Positions 10,060 through 18,366 of a stretch of 20,000 nt of DNA are shown one piece after another. Location: the IMG/VR virus record IMGVR_UViG_3300006417_000262, positions 51,828 through 71,827 of that record; one strand, 5' to 3'. This stretch comes from an uncultured virus (IMG/VR IMGVR_UViG_3300006417_000262) (lineage: Duplodnaviria > Heunggongvirae > Uroviricota > Caudoviricetes). The notes below the pieces were generated by a model that had not been told where the DNA came from, did not search any database, and worked only from the letters and a program-made list of their open reading frames with translations. The position numbers and the translations under genes were made by a program. Every line of letters starts with the position of its first letter. Within the stretch, counting starts at the first letter, position 1.

Positions 10060-10290
10060 ATGTCTGACCTTGATGACCTCCGAAAGCGACTTGCCGAAGC
10101 TGGGATCCCGGTGGACGGGTGGGTTCAAACAGATGGCGGGGAGCGACCGCTTCCTCCATCCATTGTTCGCCAGAAGGAGCTTTTGACGAAGGTTCGTGAC
10201 CTACTGCAAGGGCAGGTGGATCAGGATCGAGCCAAACTCGCCGAACTCTATGAGGCGAAGAGTCGCCTCACCCATGGCGGGGGGTCGTAG
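10060..10290 (+). CDS. Small hypothetical coiled-coil protein (76 aa)
   Basis: Exactly fills the gap between two large genes (3-nt gap upstream, 1-nt overlap downstream), with GGAG at 10050-10053 before the ATG. The C-terminal half is heptad-like (QKELLTKVRDLLQGQVDQDRAKLAELYEAKSRL). Confidence 0.75.
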   Translation: MSDLDDLRKRLAEAGIPVDGWVQTDGGERPLPPSIVRQKELLTKVRDLLQGQVDQDRAKLAELYEAKSRLTHGGGS

Positions 10291-12887
10291 TGGCAACGGA
10301 ACAGCAGTGGGAAGTAGCGCAAGTTCAATTGCCCGAGGTGGTGACAGACCTAGCCTCCGCGCTCAACGGGCTCATCGGGGCGTTGATCGCGATCCTTGAC
10401 ATTGCGCTGGCGGTGCTCCGGGTCGTGAAGGCGTTCCTCGTGGGGTTCCTAGACCCTATCGCAGCCATCATCGCGGCCATCATCGCTGAGATTGAGGGTC
10501 TGCTAAACGACATTCGACAGATCGGCGTCTACTTTTCAGGGGACTTGGACGTAGAGCCGCCGTTTGACGAACTCCTGGGTGGCTTCACGGCATATGAGCG
10601 GAGGATGGTGGGTCGGCTTACAGATAGGACAGACCCCACCCGCCCTGCGTTCTCGTCTCGCACGGCGTGCGTTGCTGTGTTCTCCTATGCCTCGTTCGAC
10701 ACGACGTCGATCCAAATGGCGCTCGCCTTCATCAGTCAAATCCGCAAGTTCTTTGGGCTTCGGGGTCGCACCCGCACGTACACCATCCCGACTGGACTCA
10801 ACGTCTCATACGGCTCGGCGAGTACGGGGTTGGGGGCGTTTGGCTTGATCGGAGACATCTTCGACAAGGGAGAAGACCCATCCGTGGCGAGCGTGCGGTG
10901 GCAGATGGCCGCCCCAGCAGGTGCCGGTGCGGTGTCGTGGCCCCTGCCATCTCCTGCTGGTTTCCTTGTGGAGGTGTCCACCGTCCCAGACGGCCTGTAC
11001 CTGGCCTACCTGACGCCTCCGAAGGACTCGCAGTCCTCCGACGAAGTGGAGATGGGTCTCGTCGCTGGGCCTGACGGACGCCCGTTCAAGCTCTATGGCG
11101 GGGCATCCATCCTCAAGGAGGACTCGTCTCTTGTGTGGAGATCATCGGGGGACACGTATTTCCCCCCTGCCGGCGACAGGAAGACACGATTCTTCGCCTA
11201 CCGCTCCGCTGCGGACAACGTCCCGATCCCGATCTCCGCGCTACAGATGGGCGACAAGGCGGTTCTTCAACGCACGTTCTTTGTGGATGTGAAGACTGTG
11301 CTTGGCATCAACGTCGCTGCTCCGGGCCAACAGTTCTCCACTCTGCTACGGTACGAGGACATGCCGTATGACGCGACGTTCGAGGTCAATGCCGACGATT
11401 CCGTGACGGTCACACTTTCTGAAGAGCGCGCACGGGATGTGTACGTCCGTGTGTCAGCAGTCACTTCGGCGGTGGTGGCCAGTAGTCCGCAAGCGTCATC
11501 GTTCTACTGGTCGCTGTCAGAAGGGAACGTTCAAGCGGAGTCGTTTACACAGGTGAGGCTCGCGCTGACATCTGCAGCCAGTTCGGACAAGTCGGATGCG
11601 TCGGCCCCGTTGCAGGTCACGTTCCCGAGTGAATTGACCTCGCAGTACCTTGAGTGTGTCGCCACGGCTCTTGCTGTCCTTGTGCTTAGTCGGTCGGACC
11701 TGCTTGCCCAAGGAGATGATGCGAGCTTCGAGTTGGACACGGCGGCGCAGGAGACGGGTCTGGAAGACCTGGCCCGCTACCTTGTACCGCTCGTGTATGG
11801 CCGCATGTCGCCTGGTGAGTTCCTCAAGAAGAACTTTCCCGACGTGTCATCGTTCCGCGGCAAGATCCGCAAGCGATGCTTGGCGGTGGCGAACATGCTT
11901 CTCGCAAGCACGGGCCCGCTACCCTCTGCTGTACTCAACCTGGTGCTCGACAGGGCGCAGGTCACCGTGAAGTCGGGCGTCGTGAGGGGGTTGGCCGACA
12001 TCACCTGGAACGATCTTGCCCCGAGCTACGACATTGACGCGACGATCCTAGACGCGATGGACCCGTCGACGGATGCAGGGTCGGCTGCATCGACCGGTGT
12101 GGCACCCAACCCCCTTTCAATCGGCAAGTTGGACCCCACGTTCCTCGCAAGTCGATTTGGGGTCACGGGTGCGGCAGGGATTCCCCTTGCCCGCACTCCT
12201 GGGTTTGCAGTACCTCCCGAGTATGTCGATGAAAGGCCAGCCGATGCAGCCGGGGAGCTGCTCCCCGTGTCAATGGGGTCTGCAGACGATTCGCCCGTCA
12301 TATACTCGCTCGGCAGCCCTTCGCAGGCGGCATTCTGCCGCAACGTGTTCCTGGACAACCCAGAGATCCTCACTGCATCGCAGCTCGTGCTCAACGTCGC
12401 AGCTTCCACAATGACGAAGGCAAAGCGTCAGGGAGGGGCGTGGCTCAACTACCGGCTCTTCCCGCAAGGGCTTCCCCCGGTGGAGGCGGCGCTCAATGAG
12501 ATCGTGGCGTTCTTGAATGCCATCGAGGCGGGGTTGGCGGGGATTCTCGATGCCATCGTGGCCTACATCTCGTACATTGAGGCTCGAATCTTGGAGCTGG
12601 AGGCCCTTCTCCGTAGGCTTCAAGGGCTGCTGGATCTCATCCTCTCCATTGACGTGCCGCCGATGGCCACCCTAATCGTCACGGCTAATGGGACGAACGG
12701 GATTCTACAGGCGCTCCTAACCGCAGAAAACAAGCCCGCGGACACCACCACGACGGTATCCCGCATCAAAAAGGATGGGGAGGTGGTGGTGGGTGGCGCG
12801 TATGGGATTGGGACGGTCCTTCTTGCTGGGGGTCTGCCGTCATCGGTGGTTGACCTGCTTCGTCTAATCTTCCCTCCCGAGGAGTAG
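10290..12887 (+). CDS. Hypothetical phage structural protein (865 aa): amphipathic helical N- and C-terminal regions flanking an FN3-like core
   Basis: The GTG start overlaps the upstream TAG. Long amphipathic helices lie at both ends, and a DRTDPTRP motif follows the first. FN3-like strands are IPTGLNV / VRW / GFLVEVS / VYVRVSAV / SDASAPLQV. Confidence 0.75.
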   Translation: MATEQQWEVAQVQLPEVVTDLASALNGLIGALIAILDIALAVLRVVKAFLVGFLDPIAAIIAAIIAEIEGLLNDIRQIGVYFSGDLDVEPPFDELLGGFTAYERRMVGRLTDRTDPTRPAFSSRTACVAVFSYASFDTTSIQMALAFISQIRKFFGLRGRTRTYTIPTGLNVSYGSASTGLGAFGLIGDIFDKGEDPSVASVRWQMAAPAGAGAVSWPLPSPAGFLVEVSTVPDGLYLAYLTPPKDSQSSDEVEMGLVAGPDGRPFKLYGGASILKEDSSLVWRSSGDTYFPPAGDRKTRFFAYRSAADNVPIPISALQMGDKAVLQRTFFVDVKTVLGINVAAPGQQFSTLLRYEDMPYDATFEVNADDSVTVTLSEERARDVYVRVSAVTSAVVASSPQASSFYWSLSEGNVQAESFTQVRLALTSAASSDKSDASAPLQVTFPSELTSQYLECVATALAVLVLSRSDLLAQGDDASFELDTAAQETGLEDLARYLVPLVYGRMSPGEFLKKNFPDVSSFRGKIRKRCLAVANMLLASTGPLPSAVLNLVLDRAQVTVKSGVVRGLADITWNDLAPSYDIDATILDAMDPSTDAGSAASTGVAPNPLSIGKLDPTFLASRFGVTGAAGIPLARTPGFAVPPEYVDERPADAAGELLPVSMGSADDSPVIYSLGSPSQAAFCRNVFLDNPEILTASQLVLNVAASTMTKAKRQGGAWLNYRLFPQGLPPVEAALNEIVAFLNAIEAGLAGILDAIVAYISYIEARILELEALLRRLQGLLDLILSIDVPPMATLIVTANGTNGILQALLTAENKPADTTTTVSRIKKDGEVVVGGAYGIGTVLLAGGLPSSVVDLLRLIFPPEE

Positions 12888-12890
12888 CAC

Positions 12891-13721
12891 ATGGGTTTCG
12901 GGTATCTCGGCACGTTTCGACAAGGACAGTGGCAGGAGTACCGTTCGTTCGTCCTAAACGAGCGTCGCGACATTGCACGTCGGATGGCTGTGATTCAGGC
13001 CGAGCTTGTGCGGATTGGGCGGATTTCCGTGGGGTATCTGCAAACCACGGACGAGGTGTCGCAGGAAACTACGATAACCGAGCAGCGGACGGGCTTTGCT
13101 GTTAGCCAGGGATCCACGCTGGAGAAGCTGATCCAAGCGTATGTCGCGCAAGGTGGCAATCCGTTCAACATTTCGTTGTTTCTCACACCGGATAGCACGT
13201 TCGTGACGGATGACGACACGGAGTATCCGACGCAACCCTATGGGGGAGTGGTCTACCCCCAAACCGGAAGCCCCGCTGTTGGGACGCGATATGAGGGTGG
13301 CTACCTCGTCGTGAAGAAGTACCCACCATCACGACTTGGGGGCCGTAAGGACCCTCAAGATGGGATGGTGGCGGGGGCCGTGGCTGTCACACGGAAGTTC
13401 ATCAATCAAACCGCACAGCACCGTCTTCACAACCTAGAGGCCCGGATCATCAAGCAGTGTGACCTGCGAGAGCAGTTGCTGAATGAGTTGGAGGTCATGA
13501 CGATGGCCGTAGGGGGCGTTTCAGGCGCCATCCCCACAATAGACATGGATTTTTACGGGGACAGTCTAGGCGTAGCACAGATCGTGGCCGCCATAGACTC
13601 TATTTTCTACACCACGGAGGACGGCGTTCCAGATTTTGCCACGACCAATGACGAGATGCTTGCCAAGTACCCGTCACTGTATCCGGACATTCCAGGCGAA
13701 GAGGACAACACCGCGTTGTGA
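12891..13721 (+). CDS. Hypothetical protein (276 aa) with two predicted helical/coiled-coil segments, probably structural
   Basis: ATG lies 3 nt after the upstream stop, with GGAG just before it. Helical segments are ERRDIARRMAVIQAELVRIG and RLHNLEARIIKQCDLREQLLNELE, and the C-terminus is acidic. No family recognised. Confidence 0.75.
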   Translation: MGFGYLGTFRQGQWQEYRSFVLNERRDIARRMAVIQAELVRIGRISVGYLQTTDEVSQETTITEQRTGFAVSQGSTLEKLIQAYVAQGGNPFNISLFLTPDSTFVTDDDTEYPTQPYGGVVYPQTGSPAVGTRYEGGYLVVKKYPPSRLGGRKDPQDGMVAGAVAVTRKFINQTAQHRLHNLEARIIKQCDLREQLLNELEVMTMAVGGVSGAIPTIDMDFYGDSLGVAQIVAAIDSIFYTTEDGVPDFATTNDEMLAKYPSLYPDIPGEEDNTAL

Positions 13722-13764
13722 CGGTGCGCGGCCTATAGCCTGCGGGTGGTAGAGGACAGGACGA
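13722..13764 (+). promoter_or_regulatory. Possible internal promoter plus RBS ahead of the baseplate wedge genes
   Basis: This is the longest intergenic gap in the operon (43 nt). It contains CCTATAG (13732-13738) and AGAGGA (13751-13756) upstream of GTG 13765. Only one instance is present, so support is weak. Confidence 0.25.
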
Positions 13765-14883
13765 GTGTCTACCGACTTCCAAATTGCCTTCCCATGCCCC
13801 CATTTGATCATGGAGGAGGTCGTGGCTATTGGGGGTGACCGGAAGTCGCTGGTGCCAAAAGCGCCCGTAACCGCATCGGGCGTTGTTCGGATTCTCGTCA
13901 ACGACGAGGCGTACATCCCGCCCGGAGGTTTGTATGCACAGGCGCAGCTTTCTGGCTCGGTTGCTGGGCCGTTCCGCATTGATTCGTGCAACCGCACGTT
14001 CACAGTGCAGGGTAGCACGGAGACGGCGACGTTTGAGCTTCCCGTTGGCAATCGAGTCGACCCCATCGCTGTGCTGCGACTTCTTTTGAATGGTCTCACA
14101 GATGTAGCACCCGAGATCGTGCGTGGACACCTGGTTCTCACGGATGCCGGATCCGTAGGGGTTGGCTCATCGCTTCTTGTGAGTGGGTCCGGGGCCGCAG
14201 CCATCGGGTTTGGCGTGCAACGTGGGGCACGGGGGCGTCAGGTGTATCCAAAGTGGGGGCTTGCATCATCGTCATCTACGGTGGTGGGTCGCTACCCCAA
14301 GTTTTCGGCGCCCGTCCGTCAAAATCCAGTATTCAAGCTGACTTACGTGACTGAAGGTCGGCTTTGTCCACGGTGCTCTGGCACGTTCATCGAGAACGAT
14401 TACAGGTTCAACCTGCAAGGGGACGCCGTACTTATCCAGGACGAAAACCTTCTGTACCAGGCGGCCTTGAAGATCCTACTCACGCAGATTCGGTCGAATC
14501 CGTACCACCCTGGCTACGGGTCGGCGATCATGAGCCGCATTGGCACGAAGGCCATCGGGGCAGCCGTGTCGCTCATTACAGGGGATGTTCAAACGGCTCT
14601 GTCAAACATGCAGGCACAGCAGGCGGCGCAGTCGAAGTTCCAGGTGGTGTCCGCAAAAGAGCGTCTGTACTCCGTTACGTCGGTGAGGGTGTCCCCCCAC
14701 CCGCAGGATCCCACCATGTTTGAAGTGGACGTGGTGGTGCGCAACGCCTCTAACGATCCGGTATCCATCTCCATCGTGTACTCCGTCCCAGGCGCGGTAG
14801 CACTCGCTGGCACCAATGGGCTGTCACTAGGGCTTGAGACGACCGGGTTGTCCGCGGCTCAGTCCAGTCTGCTACTCCGGTAA
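13765..14883 (+). CDS. Baseplate wedge subunit, gp25/GPW-like, with N-terminal extra domains and a putative Zn site
   Basis: The C-terminal ~170 aa match the gp25 pattern: GDAVLIQDENLLYQAALKILLTQIRSNPYHPGYGSAI...ERLYSVTSVRV...FEVDVVV. The gene is directly upstream of the baseplate J-like gene and carries CPH and CPRC motifs. Confidence 0.8.
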   Translation: MSTDFQIAFPCPHLIMEEVVAIGGDRKSLVPKAPVTASGVVRILVNDEAYIPPGGLYAQAQLSGSVAGPFRIDSCNRTFTVQGSTETATFELPVGNRVDPIAVLRLLLNGLTDVAPEIVRGHLVLTDAGSVGVGSSLLVSGSGAAAIGFGVQRGARGRQVYPKWGLASSSSTVVGRYPKFSAPVRQNPVFKLTYVTEGRLCPRCSGTFIENDYRFNLQGDAVLIQDENLLYQAALKILLTQIRSNPYHPGYGSAIMSRIGTKAIGAAVSLITGDVQTALSNMQAQQAAQSKFQVVSAKERLYSVTSVRVSPHPQDPTMFEVDVVVRNASNDPVSISIVYSVPGAVALAGTNGLSLGLETTGLSAAQSSLLLR

Positions 14884-14895
14884 GGGTGAAGAATC

Positions 14896-17800
14896 ATGGC
14901 TACATCCATCACCCCACTCGTGCTTGGCCCCGATGGTGTCCTTCGAGACACCATGTATTTCGCAACTACGGTGGGATCCAAGTTCTTTACAGGGACATGT
15001 GACGCTTCAATCGTCGACATGGAGGTGTCGATCTCCGGCGGGGCGTACACCAGGGATCCTGACTACATCGTCTTCAATGGCACCTCATGGGTGCTGCCAA
15101 ATCCAGAAGTGTTCCCCGACGGCTTGGCCCTAGATGCGGGCGCGAACACGATCCTCGTGCGTTCGATCACGGGGAATGGCGGGGTGTCCTCTCCGGCCAC
15201 AATCGTAGTGCGCTTGGTGCAGGAGGGGGACGTGAGCCTGGTTGCGTCCCCGCCTACGGGTGTCTCCGTAGAGCAGCGGGATGGGGCCGTGGAATTGTCT
15301 GTGGATGGTCCTTCGGACGTCTCTTATTTCCAAGGGGTCAATTTCTACGCGAGCATGTATGAGGGTGGCGGGGCTACTGGCTACACACGGGTGAATCTGG
15401 AGCTGGTGGGTTCTGGCACGACGACGGAGGAAACCAGTGAGGTTGGCACCATCGAAGTGGATGCCGATGTGCTTGTGAGCGGCGACGGCACTCCGGCGGC
15501 GGATCCCATGTACGTCGAGTACGTGGGATCACAGGTGGATGCGGACAGTGCAGTGCTGCAGGCCGATTTCACCGAGCGGCTAGAGATCCCGGAAACCGCC
15601 ACGAAGGTTCGCACCACTATTCTGCTTGAAGCCGTGTCAACGACCACGCGCTATTCGTTCACCCACTCGCGAACAGCGACACGCACGTCGAGTCCGCCTA
15701 CTGTGTACGTCGGGTCATTTGCCTCGATGGACGTGTCGGAGTCTCTGTATTACGTGACGACTGCGGTTTATTTCGACCCGGTGGCACTCGTGGAAGTGGA
15801 GTCGTCCTACTCGGCTGAAGTCGTGGCACGGCCTCTGACAGTTACCACGACCGTTGGATCGTTCCCAATCGTCAGCCGACAGCAAATCATTCGAGACACC
15901 ATCACTGGGATTAGCCGGTCGAATCGGCAGATTCGGGTTGACCCTGGTTCCGTGCTTCGGGACACGTTCATCGATCCGTTCTCGTCAGAAGCTGAACGTC
16001 TTCGGTTTATCGTGGATTTCCTTCACCGCGCGCAGAGCTTCGCGGGCCTTCTGCAGATTGACGATCCTCAAAACACGGGGTTGTCCGTCAATGTGGCCTC
16101 GTCAACGTACAAGCTGGCGCTCAAGAAGGCGTTTGGGCTCTCGCGCAACGCGGACGTGCAGTCCGTCATTGACCGGGCATTCGAGTCTCTGGCCTCGAAG
16201 TACGGAGTGTTTCGGAGGGCCGGTCGATTTGCGCGTGGATTGGTGACGTTCTACACTACACAGACGCCTACGAGCACTCGACCAATACCTCTTGGTACGA
16301 TCGTGGCGGGTGGCTCCGTGCAATTCAAGGTGTTGTCCGCATCAAGCATTCGCTTCTCCGACCGTGGGTCATTCTACGACCCTACGACTGGGCGCTACCA
16401 GGTCAACGTCTCTGTTCAGGCCACCTCAATCGGTTCTGCGGGCAACGTGGCCGCGGGTCAGATTCGGAAAGTGGTGTCGGGGGTGACGGGGCTCTCTGTT
16501 ACAAATCCAGGAGATATGTTCGGAGGAGACGAGCAGGAGACGAACCTCGACCTCGCCACCCGGGCGCAGAATGCGCTGGCTTCGGTCGACTCGGGGACGG
16601 CACGCGGGTATCTGCAGACTGCTGCGGACGTGCCCGGAGTCGTGCAGGCGCAGGTGGTCATGGCAGGCGACCCCATCATGTTCCGCGACCTGGACGCCTC
16701 TGGCGTTCATCGTGGGGGCAAGGTGGACGTGTGGCTGCAAGGGGACAGCCTTGCCACGGTCACGGACACGTTTGCGTTTGCGCGAGACGTAGCCAATAGC
16801 ATCCATTTTGTGCTCATCGGAGACCCGTCCACGTTGATTTTCCGCGCCGTGGACCCGAGTCTTACGGCAAGCCTCCCCATTGTGGAGATGTTGGATGACG
16901 AAGAACAGAGTGTAGGGCTTCGCAACGCATCCACGGGTGAGTTCTTCGACCTCACGGACGTGCGGATCACGAGCTTTGACACCATCCAACTCTCCACGGA
17001 CGTGGTGCAGCCATCCGTCACGCTGTCCGATGTGGTGTTGGGGGACTATCGTCGCCTCACGGGCAATCGGTTTGACTTCACCCGCCAACCTGTTCACGCC
17101 GTGTCCAAGGTGGTGGGTGCCATCAGTGGGGAGCTGCCAAGCAATGCATACCAGCTCGTTCATGAGAGCGACCCGCTTGTGCTCGGCCGCTCGACGCTAG
17201 CCGGCGACTACCTTGAGATCGTCCCGGTTGACGATGGGGAGGGGGGGTACATCCCGTTCGGTGCATCTGTTAGCGTGGTAGGCGAGGAGCACACCCTCAT
17301 AGGGGAGTACCTGGAGTATTTGGACAGCATCGGTGCAGATCCGCTCTCAATCGTTGTGACGAGTCAAGACGGGCTGACCACATATCGGGGACCAAACGAT
17401 CCAAGCGGGGTGTCCGATTACACTATTGTGGATGGGGACGAGACAACCCCTTACGCCATAAAGCGTGTGCCAACGGGGACAATTGCATCAGGAGCCGTGG
17501 TGCTCGTGTCCTATGATCACGACGAGAACTTCACCGTCTCCTACACGACGAACATCATTGTTTCCGTCGCACAAGAAGCCATCAACGTGAAGCGTCATGC
17601 TACGGCAGACGTGGTCGTCAAGGAAGGCGTGCCCGTCCCTGTAGACATCGCAGCTACGGTCATCTTGGCTCAGGGATCCTCGAGATCTGCAGTGGACTCC
17701 GCTCTTCGCACGAACCTCGCCAACTACTTCGCGAGGTTGCGGCTTGGGGACCCGATTCGGCAAGGCGATGTGGTAGCGATCATCGAGGGCACGTCTGGCG

Positions 17801-18363
17801 TTAGTTACGTGGAGGTGCCGATCACGACGATGATCCGTCAAGAGGGATCCATGGTCGTGCGCGAGGGTCTTGCCACGGGTCAAGCAGGGGATGTGACGTA
17901 CGTGGCCGCTTGGTCCGGAGCGACGGTGTCCACATGGCTCATCGACCAGGAGCTGTCCTCCGCTACAACGAATGGAGGCGGCCCCACGAACGAGTACCGA
18001 GGAGTGTTCCAGGATGACGTTGCCTTGACGCTCCTAACCTCCTCACCGAGCACTGCGCTTGGCGCATCGGTAGGGAATGCGTTCATCGTCGGCGATGATG
18101 GGTTGGCTATTCCAGGACTTAGCGACACGGCGGCCCTGAATGCGGAGGGGTGGTTCACGGAGGACGAGCTAATTGAGCAGCGCCGCCTGCTCACGGCCAA
18201 CAGGGTGCTCGTCACCACGTCCGTCGATGACAGCCCCACAACCCACTCCTATGCCGCCACCTACATTGTCGGCGTGTCTACGGGGGCGGGCAACATCACC
18301 ACCAACCTGTCCGAGTATCCCATCATGGGCAACGTCGAGTTCACCTTCGACGAGGACCGGTGA
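14896..18363 (+). CDS. Baseplate J/gp47 (T4 gp6-like) wedge protein with N-terminal Ig-like and FN3-like domains and internal insertions
   Basis: Baseplate J motifs appear in order: PGSVLRD; LASKYGVFRRAGRFARGLVTF; IPLGTIV; VQATSIGSAGNVAAGQI; VTNPGDMFGGDEQETNLDLATR; GTARGY; VPGVVQAQV; GGKVDVW; and C-terminal LANYFARLRLGDPIRQGDVVAIIEGTSGVSYV. Confidence 0.9.
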   Translation: MATSITPLVLGPDGVLRDTMYFATTVGSKFFTGTCDASIVDMEVSISGGAYTRDPDYIVFNGTSWVLPNPEVFPDGLALDAGANTILVRSITGNGGVSSPATIVVRLVQEGDVSLVASPPTGVSVEQRDGAVELSVDGPSDVSYFQGVNFYASMYEGGGATGYTRVNLELVGSGTTTEETSEVGTIEVDADVLVSGDGTPAADPMYVEYVGSQVDADSAVLQADFTERLEIPETATKVRTTILLEAVSTTTRYSFTHSRTATRTSSPPTVYVGSFASMDVSESLYYVTTAVYFDPVALVEVESSYSAEVVARPLTVTTTVGSFPIVSRQQIIRDTITGISRSNRQIRVDPGSVLRDTFIDPFSSEAERLRFIVDFLHRAQSFAGLLQIDDPQNTGLSVNVASSTYKLALKKAFGLSRNADVQSVIDRAFESLASKYGVFRRAGRFARGLVTFYTTQTPTSTRPIPLGTIVAGGSVQFKVLSASSIRFSDRGSFYDPTTGRYQVNVSVQATSIGSAGNVAAGQIRKVVSGVTGLSVTNPGDMFGGDEQETNLDLATRAQNALASVDSGTARGYLQTAADVPGVVQAQVVMAGDPIMFRDLDASGVHRGGKVDVWLQGDSLATVTDTFAFARDVANSIHFVLIGDPSTLIFRAVDPSLTASLPIVEMLDDEEQSVGLRNASTGEFFDLTDVRITSFDTIQLSTDVVQPSVTLSDVVLGDYRRLTGNRFDFTRQPVHAVSKVVGAISGELPSNAYQLVHESDPLVLGRSTLAGDYLEIVPVDDGEGGYIPFGASVSVVGEEHTLIGEYLEYLDSIGADPLSIVVTSQDGLTTYRGPNDPSGVSDYTIVDGDETTPYAIKRVPTGTIASGAVVLVSYDHDENFTVSYTTNIIVSVAQEAINVKRHATADVVVKEGVPVPVDIAATVILAQGSSRSAVDSALRTNLANYFARLRLGDPIRQGDVVAIIEGTSGVSYVEVPITTMIRQEGSMVVREGLATGQAGDVTYVAAWSGATVSTWLIDQELSSATTNGGGPTNEYRGVFQDDVALTLLTSSPSTALGASVGNAFIVGDDGLAIPGLSDTAALNAEGWFTEDELIEQRRLLTANRVLVTTSVDDSPTTHSYAATYIVGVSTGAGNITTNLSEYPIMGNVEFTFDEDR

Positions 18364-18366
18364 GCC

